From positions 1 to 35,044 of IMG/VR virus record IMGVR_UViG_3300043447_000514: DNA of 35,044 nt. One strand, 5' to 3'. This document shows, piece after piece, positions 26,144 to 35,036 of the stretch (its first letter is position 1; each line of letters begins with the position of its first letter). The notes under the pieces were generated by a model. That model saw only the letters and a list, made by a program, of their open reading frames with translations. It was not told the DNA's origin and ran no database searches. A program made the position numbers and the translations under genes. The DNA is from a virus. Taxonomy: Duplodnaviria; Caudoviricetes.

Positions 26144-27123
26144 GCGCGCGCACCGACCCCCTGCTGCGCGTCGTGCCCGAGCGCACCGAGGAGCTCAGCG
26201 CGGACGAGTGGGACGCCGCCATGAAGTCCCTGGTCGCCGACGAGCAGGTCATCGAGGCCGGGCTGGCGACGTTCATCGAGGTCGGTGACGCGCTGGGCCG
26301 CATCCGCGACGCCCGCACCTACCTGATCGACGGGTGGGCGACGTTCGAGGGTTACTGCCAGCAGCGGTGGGGGCTCTCCCTGCGGCGCGCTAACCAGTTG
26401 ATCAACGCATCTGACGCAGCAGTTGCGGTGGGAAAAATTTTTCCTACTGCTGTCACAACGGAGTCGCACGCCGCAGCCCTAGCGCCCATCGTCCGCGACC
26501 AGGGCCCCGAGCGCGCCGCCGCAGTCCTCCAGCAGGTCGCATCCGAGGGCAAGATCACCGCGAAGGCCATCCGCGAGGCGGCCGCCCCGGAGCCCAGCGA
26601 GGCGCCCGAGGTCATCACGGTGGGCGCCGGGACCGGCGAGATCATCGGCACCGCCCCCACCGTCGAGGAGTACGTCTCAACCGATGCCGACTACCGCGCC
26701 GAGGACGTGGTGCGGGAGCGCGACGAGTACCGCGCCGATGCCGAGCTGCGCAGCACCGCACTCGTGCATCTCGTCGACGGGCTGGAGTCCGGGTTCGGCA
26801 TCGCGGTCGACGACGTCCACGACGCGCCCTCGATCCTGGCTGCGCTGGCCGAGATCCGCGACGAGGCGCAGGATCGTATCGAGGCAGCGCGCCGCGACGC
26901 GCGCGAGGCCGCGACGCGCGCCGACGTCGCGGGCCGGGACCGGGGCGATGTGTACGGGCTGGGCCGGGAGGCGGGCCGGGAGGCGGGCCGCGCGGAGGTG
27001 CTGGCCCTGGTCGACGCCGCCCAGTCCCGCGCCATCGACGGCCACGGACTCAGCCGCCGCGGCATGGCCCACCTGTGCGGCGCGCTCGACGCGATCGCCG
27101 ACCGTCACGAGGGCGACGCCTGA
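26140..27123 (+). CDS. DUF3102-like DNA-binding protein with coiled-coil C-terminus
   Basis: FIEVGDALGRIRD..Y....TFEGYCQQRWGLS.RRANQLI. Confidence 0.6.
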   Translation: MSARTDPLLRVVPERTEELSADEWDAAMKSLVADEQVIEAGLATFIEVGDALGRIRDARTYLIDGWATFEGYCQQRWGLSLRRANQLINASDAAVAVGKIFPTAVTTESHAAALAPIVRDQGPERAAAVLQQVASEGKITAKAIREAAAPEPSEAPEVITVGAGTGEIIGTAPTVEEYVSTDADYRAEDVVRERDEYRADAELRSTALVHLVDGLESGFGIAVDDVHDAPSILAALAEIRDEAQDRIEAARRDAREAATRADVAGRDRGDVYGLGREAGREAGRAEVLALVDAAQSRAIDGHGLSRRGMAHLCGALDAIADRHEGDA

Positions 27124-27332
27124 TGGCCGGGCAGGTGCTGGGCGCCGTCGCCGTATTCGCCTCGGTCATGGGCCTGCTGGCCGCGGCGGAGGTGCGCTGG
27201 CCCATCAACTGCGCCCACTGCGGCGTGCTGGTGACGGACCCCGGTGCGGCGGTGCGGCGGCACGGTCGGCTGCGCCGCCACCTGTACTGCGATGCGCGGT
27301 GCGCCGCCGCGAGAGACGGGGCCGTGCTGTGA
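27123..27332 (+). CDS. Small TM + Cys-knuckle protein
   Basis: Hydrophobic N-terminus; CAHC..YCDARC; TGATG coupling. Confidence 0.65.
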   Translation: MAGQVLGAVAVFASVMGLLAAAEVRWPINCAHCGVLVTDPGAAVRRHGRLRRHLYCDARCAAARDGAVL

Positions 27333-27625
27333 CCGGCGCCGACCACCTGTGCGAGGAGAACGCCCGGCTGGAGGCGGACAACGCCCGCATCGACGACCGG
27401 AACGCCCGCCTGCTCATCGAGCGGGCGCAGCTGGAGATGTTCGCCCGCCAGCTGCAGGCCGACTACGAGCAGGCCGACGCCGATGTGCGCGACTGCCAGC
27501 AGCAGCTCGCAGACCGGGATGCGGCCATCGACGTGCTGAGGACCGAGAATGCCGCGCTGCGGCAGCGGGTCGATGCGCTGGCCGCGCAGCGGTGGGCCGA
27601 GGCGCGCACGGGCGGTGCGGCGTGA
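27329..27625 (+). CDS. Coiled-coil hypothetical protein
   Basis: GTGA coupling; heptad-rich sequence. Confidence 0.7.
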   Translation: MTGADHLCEENARLEADNARIDDRNARLLIERAQLEMFARQLQADYEQADADVRDCQQQLADRDAAIDVLRTENAALRQRVDALAAQRWAEARTGGAA

Positions 27626-27861
27626 GGCTCAACGGGCTGCACCTCATCATCGCGCTCATCGGCATCGCCACCGCGCTGGTGGCCTACGCCGAGTGGCGCC
27701 ACGCGCGGGCGCACTCCGACACGTGGGAGGCGCCGCGCTGCGACGCCGGCGGCTGCGGGCGCCTGCTCCCCGGCGACGGGTCCGCCTACACGGTGTGGCG
27801 CGCCACCTCCGCCCCCGACCGGTACTGCTCCATGAAATGCGCGATGGGGCGTGCGGCGTGA
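27622..27861 (+). CDS. Small TM + Cys-knuckle protein
   Basis: TM helix then CDAGGC..YCSMKC. Confidence 0.68.
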   Translation: MRLNGLHLIIALIGIATALVAYAEWRHARAHSDTWEAPRCDAGGCGRLLPGDGSAYTVWRATSAPDRYCSMKCAMGRAA

Positions 27862-27989
27862 TGACGATGCGGTGCCACGTCTGCGGGGAGACGACTGTCG
27901 CGCCGGCGCGCCCGCAGTGGGTGGGGTTCACGGTTGCCGCGGAGCGTGCACGGCTGCTGCACGACTGCGTCGGGGAGGTCGAGGCGTGA
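27858..27989 (+). CDS. Small hypothetical protein
   Basis: CHVC..HDC; coupled at both ends. Confidence 0.55.
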   Translation: MMTMRCHVCGETTVAPARPQWVGFTVAAERARLLHDCVGEVEA

Positions 27990-28222
27990 CCTGCTACCAC
28001 GAGTGGCGGCTGCACCCGTGCGGCACGACGTTCTGCCGGCTGTGCCGGGAGACGGTGCCGTTCCTGCGCCAGTCGTGCCCCGCGCACGGGCTGGACGTGG
28101 ACCGGTGGTGCGTGACGTGCCGCACGTTCGCCGAGTTCTGGGAGTCGCGGCTGCCGCGCCTGGCCGCGCACCGGCTCGACGCCAGGGTCGCCGATGTGGT
28201 CGACCTGTTCGAGGTGCGCTGA
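27986..28222 (+). CDS. Cys-rich hypothetical protein
   Basis: GGAGG RBS; CRLC, CPAH, CVTC. Confidence 0.65.
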   Translation: MTCYHEWRLHPCGTTFCRLCRETVPFLRQSCPAHGLDVDRWCVTCRTFAEFWESRLPRLAAHRLDARVADVVDLFEVR

Positions 28223-28656
28223 TGGGTGCCCTGTCCAGGAGGAAGGGCACCGACGGCGAGCGCGCCGTCGTCCGCCTGGCGACCTCCCTGGGGGTTCCCG
28301 CGCGGCGGGTGATCCGCACCGCCGACCAGACGCACCCCGACGAGGGGGATGTGTGGCTGTGGGACGGCAGGGTCGTGGTGCAGGTGAAGGCGGGCAGGCA
28401 GGCGCAGGACGCCTCCTACACGCAGATCGGGGTGTGGTTCACGGAGGCGCAGGCCCAGTCGCACCGGGTGGACGGGGCGGATATGGCGCTGTTGGTGACG
28501 CAGCGCCGCGGGCAGGGCGTCCGCAATGCGGGGCTGTGGTGCGCGCACCTCATGCTGGACGATCTCGCGTCGTGGCGGGGCGGAGCGGAGTACCACCGGG
28601 ACGTGGTGACGTTCCGCCTGGGCGGGCTGCTGCGGCTATTGCAGGAGTCGGCGTGA
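28222..28656 (+). CDS. Holliday junction resolvase (Hjc-like PD-(D/E)XK)
   Basis: SRRKGTDGERAV..DEGDV..VVQVK. Confidence 0.8.
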   Translation: MGALSRRKGTDGERAVVRLATSLGVPARRVIRTADQTHPDEGDVWLWDGRVVVQVKAGRQAQDASYTQIGVWFTEAQAQSHRVDGADMALLVTQRRGQGVRNAGLWCAHLMLDDLASWRGGAEYHRDVVTFRLGGLLRLLQESA

Positions 28657-29060
28657 CCTCCCCTAACCGGTTCGTGGACGCGACCGGAACCCGGCATCTG
28701 CTGCACGCGCTGATCGACGCGGGCTGGCCGATGGCCCGGCTGGATCGCGCGATCGGCCTGGCGCCGTGCACGGTGCGCCGCATCTGCTCCGGCCAGCCGC
28801 GCGTCACCGTGCACACGGCCGACGCCGTGGCCATGTTCGCCGAGACTGCCGAGCCTGCCGAGACTGCGCCGCCGTGCCCGCTGTGCGAGGACGCCGAATG
28901 GCTCGCGTCGCAGGGTGTGGGCTTCGCGGAGGCGGCGCCGCGCATCCTGCCGGGCTGCACGACGGCCAGGGCTGCGCGTGCGGAGCTGCGCCGCCACCTC
29001 CGCAGCCACCGGCAGACCGACCTCGCCCGCTGGGCCGCAACCTCCAGGAGGACCGCATGA
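28653..29060 (+). CDS. HTH DNA-binding protein
   Basis: VDATGTRHLLHALIDAGWPMARL..TVRRI..V pattern. Confidence 0.7.
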   Translation: MTSPNRFVDATGTRHLLHALIDAGWPMARLDRAIGLAPCTVRRICSGQPRVTVHTADAVAMFAETAEPAETAPPCPLCEDAEWLASQGVGFAEAAPRILPGCTTARAARAELRRHLRSHRQTDLARWAATSRRTA

Positions 29061-30010
29061 AGGCCCCGTTCCCCTACTTCGGCGGGAAGCGCCGTGCCGC
29101 CGGGCTGGTGTGGGACCTGCTGGGCGATCCGGGCGGCTATGTGGAGCCGTTCGCCGGGTCGGCGGCCGTGCTGCTCGCGCGCCCGGCGCATGAGGGGCGC
29201 CGGGTGGAGACGATCAACGACGCCGACGGCTGGCTGGTGAACGCGTGGCGCGCCATCCGACTCGCCCCGGATGCGGTGGCCGCCCACGCCTGGGGGCCGG
29301 TGACGGAGATCGACTACCACGCACGGCTGGCGTGGCTGCACGAGCGGCGCGATGACCGGCTGGTGGCGTGGCTGGAGGGCGACCCCGAGAACCATGATGC
29401 GAAGGCCGCCGGGTGGTGGCTGTACGTGCTGGCGTGCGGCATCGGCGACCCGTTCGGAGGTGGGCCGTGGAGAGTCATCGACGGCCACCTCACCGACACC
29501 CGCGAACTGCCCCACCTCGGGGACGCGGGGCAGGGCGTGAACCGCGAACTGCCCCACCTCGGGGACGCGGGGCAGGAGTCGCTGGCCGCCTACCTGCGCA
29601 GCCTCACCCACCGCATCCAACGCGTCCGCATCACCTGCGGCGACTGGCGCAGAGTCGTACAACCCTCTGTCACCCGCGCCACCGCCGGAAACAGCATCCG
29701 CGCCGTGTTCCTCGACCCGCCCTACGCAACATCCGGCGACTTGTACGCCCACGGAGACGCCGACGGCACCCTGCCCGCCGCCGCACGCGAATGGGCCGCA
29801 GAAGCCGCCACGGACGACCCCGATCTGCGCATCGTCCTCTGCGGCTACGACGGCGAGCACGACGACCTCCTCGACCGGGGCTGGACCGTCCGCCAGGGCA
29901 AGTCCACCACGGGCGCCGGGTACTCCAAGCTCGGCGCCGCATCAGGTCAGCGCGAACGCCTCTGGGCCTCACCGTCCTGCAACACCGACCAGGGGGTGCT
30001 GTTCGCATGA
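29057..30010 (+). CDS. DNA adenine methyltransferase (Dam/D12 class)
   Basis: PFPYFGGK, YVEPFAGSAAV, IND, FLDPPY; AGGAGG RBS. Confidence 0.92.
   Translation: MKAPFPYFGGKRRAAGLVWDLLGDPGGYVEPFAGSAAVLLARPAHEGRRVETINDADGWLVNAWRAIRLAPDAVAAHAWGPVTEIDYHARLAWLHERRDDRLVAWLEGDPENHDAKAAGWWLYVLACGIGDPFGGGPWRVIDGHLTDTRELPHLGDAGQGVNRELPHLGDAGQESLAAYLRSLTHRIQRVRITCGDWRRVVQPSVTRATAGNSIRAVFLDPPYATSGDLYAHGDADGTLPAAAREWAAEAATDDPDLRIVLCGYDGEHDDLLDRGWTVRQGKSTTGAGYSKLGAASGQRERLWASPSCNTDQGVLFA
29500..29576 (+). repeat. Two identical 35-bp copies, 42-bp period, inside methylase
   Basis: ccgcgaactgccccacctcggggacgcggggcagg at 29500 and 29542 (RELPHLGDAGQ x2). Confidence 0.95.
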
Positions 30011-30840
30011 GACACGGATTCGACCGGCAGGTCGACAAGTCCATCTTCGGCTACCCCGTCTGGCTATGCCTGTGCGGCGCCCGACACCCCGACCGCGACG
30101 CGCTCGACGCACACCTCCAGGAGAACCGCATGAGAATGTTCACGCCGCTCGGCGTCACCGCCGAGCACATCGCCGCCCTCATCGACGCCGATGCAGCCAA
30201 CCGGCCCCGCTCCCGGCAGCAGGCCATCGGCCCGTCCGGCATCGGCGACCCCTGCCCCCGCCGCATCGGCTACACCCTCACCGCCACACCCGCCGCCGTG
30301 CGAGGCGGCGACCAGCTCCCCGCCTGGATCGGCACCGAAGCCCACACGGGCATGGAGCGCATCACCACCGGCCACCCCGACTGGGAGTCGGAGCACAAGG
30401 TGACGATCCCCGACCCCGAGCTCGGCGACATCCACGGCACCGCCGACGCCTACCACAAACCATCGGCGACGATCGTCGACTGGAAGTTCGTCGGCGCCGC
30501 AGCCATGAAGATATACACCCGCCACGGCCCAGGGCAGCAGTACCGGACCCAGGCCCACCTGTACGGCCTCGGCATGTCGCTGCAGGGCTACACCGTCGAC
30601 CACGTCGCAATCGTGTTCATCCCCAGAGCCGGGCTGTCCTCCGGCATCCACGTCTGGTCGGAGCCCTACTCCGACACCGTCGCCGGGCAGGCCCTCGACC
30701 GGCTCGCCGCCATCCGAACCATCACCGCCGTCGAAGGCCCCGCAGGGCTACCCGCATCCCCCGACGCCAAATGCGACTGGTGCCCCTGGCACACCCCCGG
30801 AGCCGTCGACCTGGCGGCCAGCTGCCCCGGCCACACCTAG
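30007..30840 (+). CDS. Cas4-like/RecB-family exonuclease
   Basis: IGPSGIGDPCPR, IGTEAH, GTAD..IVDWK, QAHLYG, CDWCPW..C; alternative start ATG 30130 after CAGGAG. Confidence 0.85.
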   Translation: MRHGFDRQVDKSIFGYPVWLCLCGARHPDRDALDAHLQENRMRMFTPLGVTAEHIAALIDADAANRPRSRQQAIGPSGIGDPCPRRIGYTLTATPAAVRGGDQLPAWIGTEAHTGMERITTGHPDWESEHKVTIPDPELGDIHGTADAYHKPSATIVDWKFVGAAAMKIYTRHGPGQQYRTQAHLYGLGMSLQGYTVDHVAIVFIPRAGLSSGIHVWSEPYSDTVAGQALDRLAAIRTITAVEGPAGLPASPDAKCDWCPWHTPGAVDLAASCPGHT

Positions 30841-30906
30841 AACCCCCGACCGTCGCCGGGACCGTGACGGAACCCTTCACCACACCACCCGCAGAAAGGT
30901 CGTCCT

Positions 30907-31374
30907 GTGACCACGTTCACCGCCCCCGCATCATCGTCCGGTTTCACCCCCGCCGACCACCACACCCACCTCCTCGTCATCGAAGCCGAGTCCTACGAAA
31001 CCGGCATCGTCACCAGCCTCGGCGAGAAGGACGCGGTCAAGGCGACCATCCACGACATCGACCTCGGCGAGACGTCCGAAGACGCACTCGTCTTCCCGAA
31101 GGTCCTCATCGGCGCGCTGCGCTCCCGCATCGGGCAGACCGTCCTCGCCCGCCTCGGGCAGGGCATCGCAAAGCCCGGCCAATCCGCCCCATGGGTGCTG
31201 GAGGACGCCACCGGCGACCCGGCGGCCGTAGCGAAGGCCACCGCCTACCTCGATGCGCGGAAAGCCGGCCAGTACGCGCCGCCCGCGGTGGAAACACCGG
31301 CCCCGGCGCCTGCGCCGGTGTCCGACGAGTTGGCCGCCGCCCGCGCCCTCCTCGCCGAGAACGGCCTCGCCTAG
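30907..31374 (+). CDS. Hypothetical, probable ssDNA-binding/recombination protein
   Basis: GAAAGG RBS; follows exonuclease; beta-rich with GQTVLARLG..KPGQSAPW. Confidence 0.6.
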   Translation: MTTFTAPASSSGFTPADHHTHLLVIEAESYETGIVTSLGEKDAVKATIHDIDLGETSEDALVFPKVLIGALRSRIGQTVLARLGQGIAKPGQSAPWVLEDATGDPAAVAKATAYLDARKAGQYAPPAVETPAPAPAPVSDELAAARALLAENGLA

Positions 31375-31384
31375 CACCACAGGA

Positions 31385-31429
31385 AGCCCGGCCAGCAGAC
31401 ACCCCGGTGCGAGTCCGGGGCGGGCACCG
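31385..31429 (+). ncRNA. tRNA-like minihelix element (T-arm plus acceptor-like stem)
   Basis: GCCCG..CCCGG-TGCGAGT-CCGGG-G-CGGGC-ACC in intergenic DNA. Confidence 0.4.
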
Positions 31430-31463
31430 ACCACAGCAGACGCACGCACGAGGGAGAAGTCAC

Positions 31464-31856
31464 ATGCACACCATGACGGCCAGGTGGGACGAGCGTCGAG
31501 GCATGTACTCCGTCCGCTCACCCTACGAAGCGCGACACACCATCAAGGAGATCAACTGGACCGAACGCGAATGGGATCCGGCCCAGAGAGCCTGGTGGAT
31601 AGCCGAGACGGCTATCGACGAGCTGGTGATGCTCGTGGAATCAGCCGGGCACAAGATCGTCGTCGCGCGCCGCGGAGGGTCCCCGAAGCCTGACCGCGAC
31701 CCGGCCGCATGGGTGGGAGAGGCGTTCGAATCCTGCCCGCCGGACAACCGGGCACGCCTCAGGCGGGCGCTGGCCTCCTGCTTCCACCCGGATATCGGCG
31801 GCGCGACCGATGCGGCATCGGCGATCAACCAGCACGCCGACAGGTACACCGGATGA
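31464..31856 (+). CDS. Protein with WDP..AWW N-terminal domain and C-terminal J-domain-like HPD
   Basis: REWDPAQRAWWI; LRRALASCFHPDIGG..AINQ. Confidence 0.75.
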   Translation: MHTMTARWDERRGMYSVRSPYEARHTIKEINWTEREWDPAQRAWWIAETAIDELVMLVESAGHKIVVARRGGSPKPDRDPAAWVGEAFESCPPDNRARLRRALASCFHPDIGGATDAASAINQHADRYTG

Positions 31857-33688
31857 CCGCGACCGCGCACAACGGGTACGACCCGGTACAGGCCACCCTC
31901 GACGCCATCACGGCCACCAACCGGCGCACCCAACGCGCAGGCGCCGGCTGGACCGCGCAATGCCCCGCCCACGACGACCGCAACCCCTCACTCTCCGTCG
32001 CCGCGGGCGACGACGGGCGCGCACTCCTGCACTGCCACGCAGGATGCTCCCCCCGCGACATCCTCGACGCGCTCGGCCTCGACCCGCAGCAGCTGTTCAC
32101 CGACTACGACCCCCAGCGCGAACCATCCCAAGGCATCACCCACATATCCGCGTGGCGCCGCAAACCCGACCCGGTCGCGAAACCGCCGAAACCGACCAGG
32201 CGCATCAAGACCGACCACTGGGACTACCACGACGCCGGCGGGACGCTCGTCGCCCGCGTCGTGCGCTACGACCTCGTAGACAAGGACACCGGCGAGATCG
32301 TCGGGAAGACGTTCACCCAGCACGCCGCAGAACCCGACGGCACCCTCCTGCCCAACCTCGCCGGGCGCGACATCCCCATCTACGGGCTGCCACTCGTGCG
32401 CGCCGCGATCCTCTGCGGGAAACCCGTCTACATCTGCGAGGGCGAACGCGACGCCGACACCGCCCGCAGCCTCGGCCACACAGCCACGACCTGCCCCCAG
32501 GGCGCCGGGTCGTGGCGCCCCCACCACACCGCGCAACTCGAAGGCGCCGCCCGCGCCATCGTCGTGTCCGACAACGACGAACCCGGCCGCGCCCACGCCC
32601 GCCACGTCGCAGCCGAGCTCCGCGCCGCAGGCATCGACACCATCATCTGCGCGCCCGACGACGGGCACAAAGACCTCACCGACCACATCGCCGCCGGCGG
32701 CGACATGGGCCTCCTCGTCATCGACGAGACCGAACCCCCTCCACCCGGCGAGCACGACTCCGTCCTGGAACGGTTCCCCGCCATCGACTGGGCGCAGCTG
32801 TGGGACGACGACACCGAAGAGGAATGGATCATCGAACCCATCCTCCCCGCGCGCCGCCTCATCGCCTTGTACTCCGCGCCCAAGGTCGGCAAATCGCTGC
32901 TCATGCTGGAGATCGCCGCAGCCGTCTCCCAGGGCCGCGAAGTCCTCGGCTACACCCCCGCACGCCCCCACAGGGTGCTGTACGTCGACTTCGAGAACGA
33001 TCCCCGCACCGACACCCGCGACCGCCTCAAATCCATGGGACACACCCCCGGCGGCCTCGGCAACCTCGTCATGCTGTCGTTCCCATCCCTGGCCGCGCTC
33101 GACACCCAGGCCGGCGCCGACGAGCTCCTCGCCTGCATCGGCGCCTACGGGTGCGACGTCGCAGTCATCGACACCGTGTCCCGGTCCATCCGCGGCGAGG
33201 AGAACGAGAACGACACCTGGCTCAACTTCTACCGCGCCACCGGCCTCGCACTCAAACAAGCCGGCGTCGCGCTCGTCCGGCTCGACCACACGGGCAAGGA
33301 CGAGACGAAGGGGCAGCGCGGAGGCTCCGCGAAATCCGGCGACGTCGACGCCGTATGGCGCATGTCGAAGGTGTCCGAGACGACGTTCCGGCTGGACTGC
33401 GAGGCCGCGCGCCTGCCCATCGCGGAGAAGACCATCGTCATCCACCGGGAGACGTCGCCGCAGCTGCACCACCGCGTCGACGCCAACGGGCGGATCGCCG
33501 CATGGAACGCGAAGGTCGACGAGCTGGTGGCCCTCCTCGACGCCGACGGGGTACCCGACGACGCCGGGCAGACGCGCGTCCGGGCGTGGAAGGCCGAGCG
33601 CGGGCACAAGGCCGCGAACGACGTCATCGCCGCCGCCGTGAAGGCGCGCAAGGACCGCATACCGGCCTGGGAGAGGGGCGCCGGATGA
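31853..33688 (+). CDS. DNA primase-helicase (Zn-binding, TOPRIM, RepA/AAA_25 helicase)
   Basis: CPAHDDRNPSL..CHAGC; CEGERDA; DNDEPG; Walker A SAPKVGKS; YVDFEN; VIDT; DHTGK..RGGSA. Confidence 0.92.
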   Translation: MTATAHNGYDPVQATLDAITATNRRTQRAGAGWTAQCPAHDDRNPSLSVAAGDDGRALLHCHAGCSPRDILDALGLDPQQLFTDYDPQREPSQGITHISAWRRKPDPVAKPPKPTRRIKTDHWDYHDAGGTLVARVVRYDLVDKDTGEIVGKTFTQHAAEPDGTLLPNLAGRDIPIYGLPLVRAAILCGKPVYICEGERDADTARSLGHTATTCPQGAGSWRPHHTAQLEGAARAIVVSDNDEPGRAHARHVAAELRAAGIDTIICAPDDGHKDLTDHIAAGGDMGLLVIDETEPPPPGEHDSVLERFPAIDWAQLWDDDTEEEWIIEPILPARRLIALYSAPKVGKSLLMLEIAAAVSQGREVLGYTPARPHRVLYVDFENDPRTDTRDRLKSMGHTPGGLGNLVMLSFPSLAALDTQAGADELLACIGAYGCDVAVIDTVSRSIRGEENENDTWLNFYRATGLALKQAGVALVRLDHTGKDETKGQRGGSAKSGDVDAVWRMSKVSETTFRLDCEAARLPIAEKTIVIHRETSPQLHHRVDANGRIAAWNAKVDELVALLDADGVPDDAGQTRVRAWKAERGHKAANDVIAAAVKARKDRIPAWERGAG

Positions 33689-33960
33689 GCCGCGACACGC
33701 CGACGAAAACCACCCCGCGGCACCCGCGGGGTGGTCGCCCCGCGGCACCCCGGAAAACACCGCCCCGCAAACAGTCGCGGGGTGGTCGCGGGGTGGTCGG
33801 GGTGGACATGCAAAACCCCAGGTCAGACACGCATAGACCACCCCGCGGGGTGGTCCGGGGCGAAAGCGGTCCAAGGGCGCACCGGGAGGCACCCCGCCCC
33901 GTTCCCCGTTCTATAGAACGGGGCGGTCTGCCGACGCCGCGGGGCGGGCACCCGGCATGA
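33685..33960 (+). CDS. Low-complexity basic ORF spanning the origin-like repeats
   Basis: ATGA-coupled at both ends; may be only a translational link. Confidence 0.35.
   Translation: MSRDTPTKTTPRHPRGGRPAAPRKTPPRKQSRGGRGVVGVDMQNPRSDTHRPPRGVVRGESGPRAHREAPRPVPRSIERGGLPTPRGGHPA
33709..33923. repeat. Iteron/palindrome cluster, candidate replication origin
   Basis: CGCGGGGTGGTC at 33725, 33776, 33787, 33844; palindromes GACCACCCCGCGGGGTGGTC (33836-55) and CCCCGTTCTATAGAACGGGG (33904-23). Confidence 0.7.
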
Positions 33961-34349
33961 GCAGATTCCAACCGGTCGACGACCCGCTCCCAGGACTCGA
34001 AACCGGCACCCGCTGCCGCCGCTGCAACCGCCCCGTCCAACGCGTCTGGACCCGCGAACCCCTCGCCCAGGCCCACCTCGTCGACGACGGCCGGGCCACC
34101 CGCCGCGAAGCCCTCACCGCCATCGCCCACAGCCGCGGCGGCGCCCTCCTCGCATCCACCGACAAACGCGCCCGCGGACAAGGCACCACCACCACCTACA
34201 TCCGACCCACCCCCGACCAATACCGGCTCGACACCGCCAACGGCTACACCTGGCGCCGCATCCACCACTGCGACAACCCGCCCCTCACCGACCCCCACCC
34301 CGGCACGGCACCCGACCCCGGCCGCTGGCCCGACCAGCCCCCCTTCTGA
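33957..34349 (+). CDS. Hypothetical protein (CxxC..HxC)
   Basis: CRRC..HHC; ends DQPPF, a common actinophage tail motif. Confidence 0.72.
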   Translation: MSRFQPVDDPLPGLETGTRCRRCNRPVQRVWTREPLAQAHLVDDGRATRREALTAIAHSRGGALLASTDKRARGQGTTTTYIRPTPDQYRLDTANGYTWRRIHHCDNPPLTDPHPGTAPDPGRWPDQPPF

Positions 34350-34362
34350 AGGAGACACGACC

Positions 34363-34659
34363 ATGACCGACCTCGAAGCCGAAGTCCACCGCTGGCACCA
34401 GCACCGAGCCTGCGACTGCGAGTGGGACCCCCACCACGGCCGCGTCCTGCTCGACGTGTGCCGCCTCTGCGAGCTGGCCGGCATCGCCCCCGGCCCGTTC
34501 GACCTGGACCCCGACGACGACCCGCCGGCCGGGACCGACCGGCAGCCCCGCTGCGGCAGGACCATCGGCCACCTGTGCACCACCTCATCCACCGACGGCG
34601 GCAACAACTGCCAGACCCTGATCTGCAACCGGCCCGCCGGCCACGAAGGAGCCTGCTGA
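34363..34659 (+). CDS. Cys/His-rich hypothetical protein
   Basis: GAAGGAG RBS; C-terminal CNRPAGHEG. Confidence 0.7.
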   Translation: MTDLEAEVHRWHQHRACDCEWDPHHGRVLLDVCRLCELAGIAPGPFDLDPDDDPPAGTDRQPRCGRTIGHLCTTSSTDGGNNCQTLICNRPAGHEGAC

Positions 34660-35036
34660 TGACCGGCATGAGCATCGAGGACACGACCCCGGAGCCGAAG
34701 AACCTGGGCGCCGTGGTGCGAGACCGCGAGGGACGCCTGTACCGCCGCGTGGAAGCCGGCATCTGGCAGTGGCTGAACGCCCCCGCCGATATAGGCGAAG
34801 GCGAATACGCAGACCTCGAATGGTCGGGATGGGGAGAACTGCGCCAGCGTGACGCGGTTCTGCTCCCCGACATAGGTGCCGAGCCTGCCTACCGCGACCG
34901 CCGATTCGACAACCTGCACGAGCACGCGATCCGCGTCCTCCACGAATACCAGCAAGACGGCGACGACCCCGGCGCCATCGCCGCCGCAGCCCGCATCGTC
35001 GGCTACGCCGAAGCCATCGAAGGAGACACCGAATGA
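34659..35036 (+). CDS. Hypothetical protein (its 3' part is repeated at 1-182)
   Basis: TGATG coupling; GAVVRDREGRLY motif. Confidence 0.72.
   Translation: MTGMSIEDTTPEPKNLGAVVRDREGRLYRRVEAGIWQWLNAPADIGEGEYADLEWSGWGELRQRDAVLLPDIGAEPAYRDRRFDNLHEHAIRVLHEYQQDGDDPGAIAAAARIVGYAEAIEGDTE

Noticed and set aside
30007-30840. CRISPR-associated cas4
   Set aside because: Solo Cas4-like exonucleases are routine in actinophage recombination modules
33709-33923. CRISPR array
   Set aside because: Repeats are about 12 bp, irregularly spaced and in both orientations; no unique spacers or cas operon
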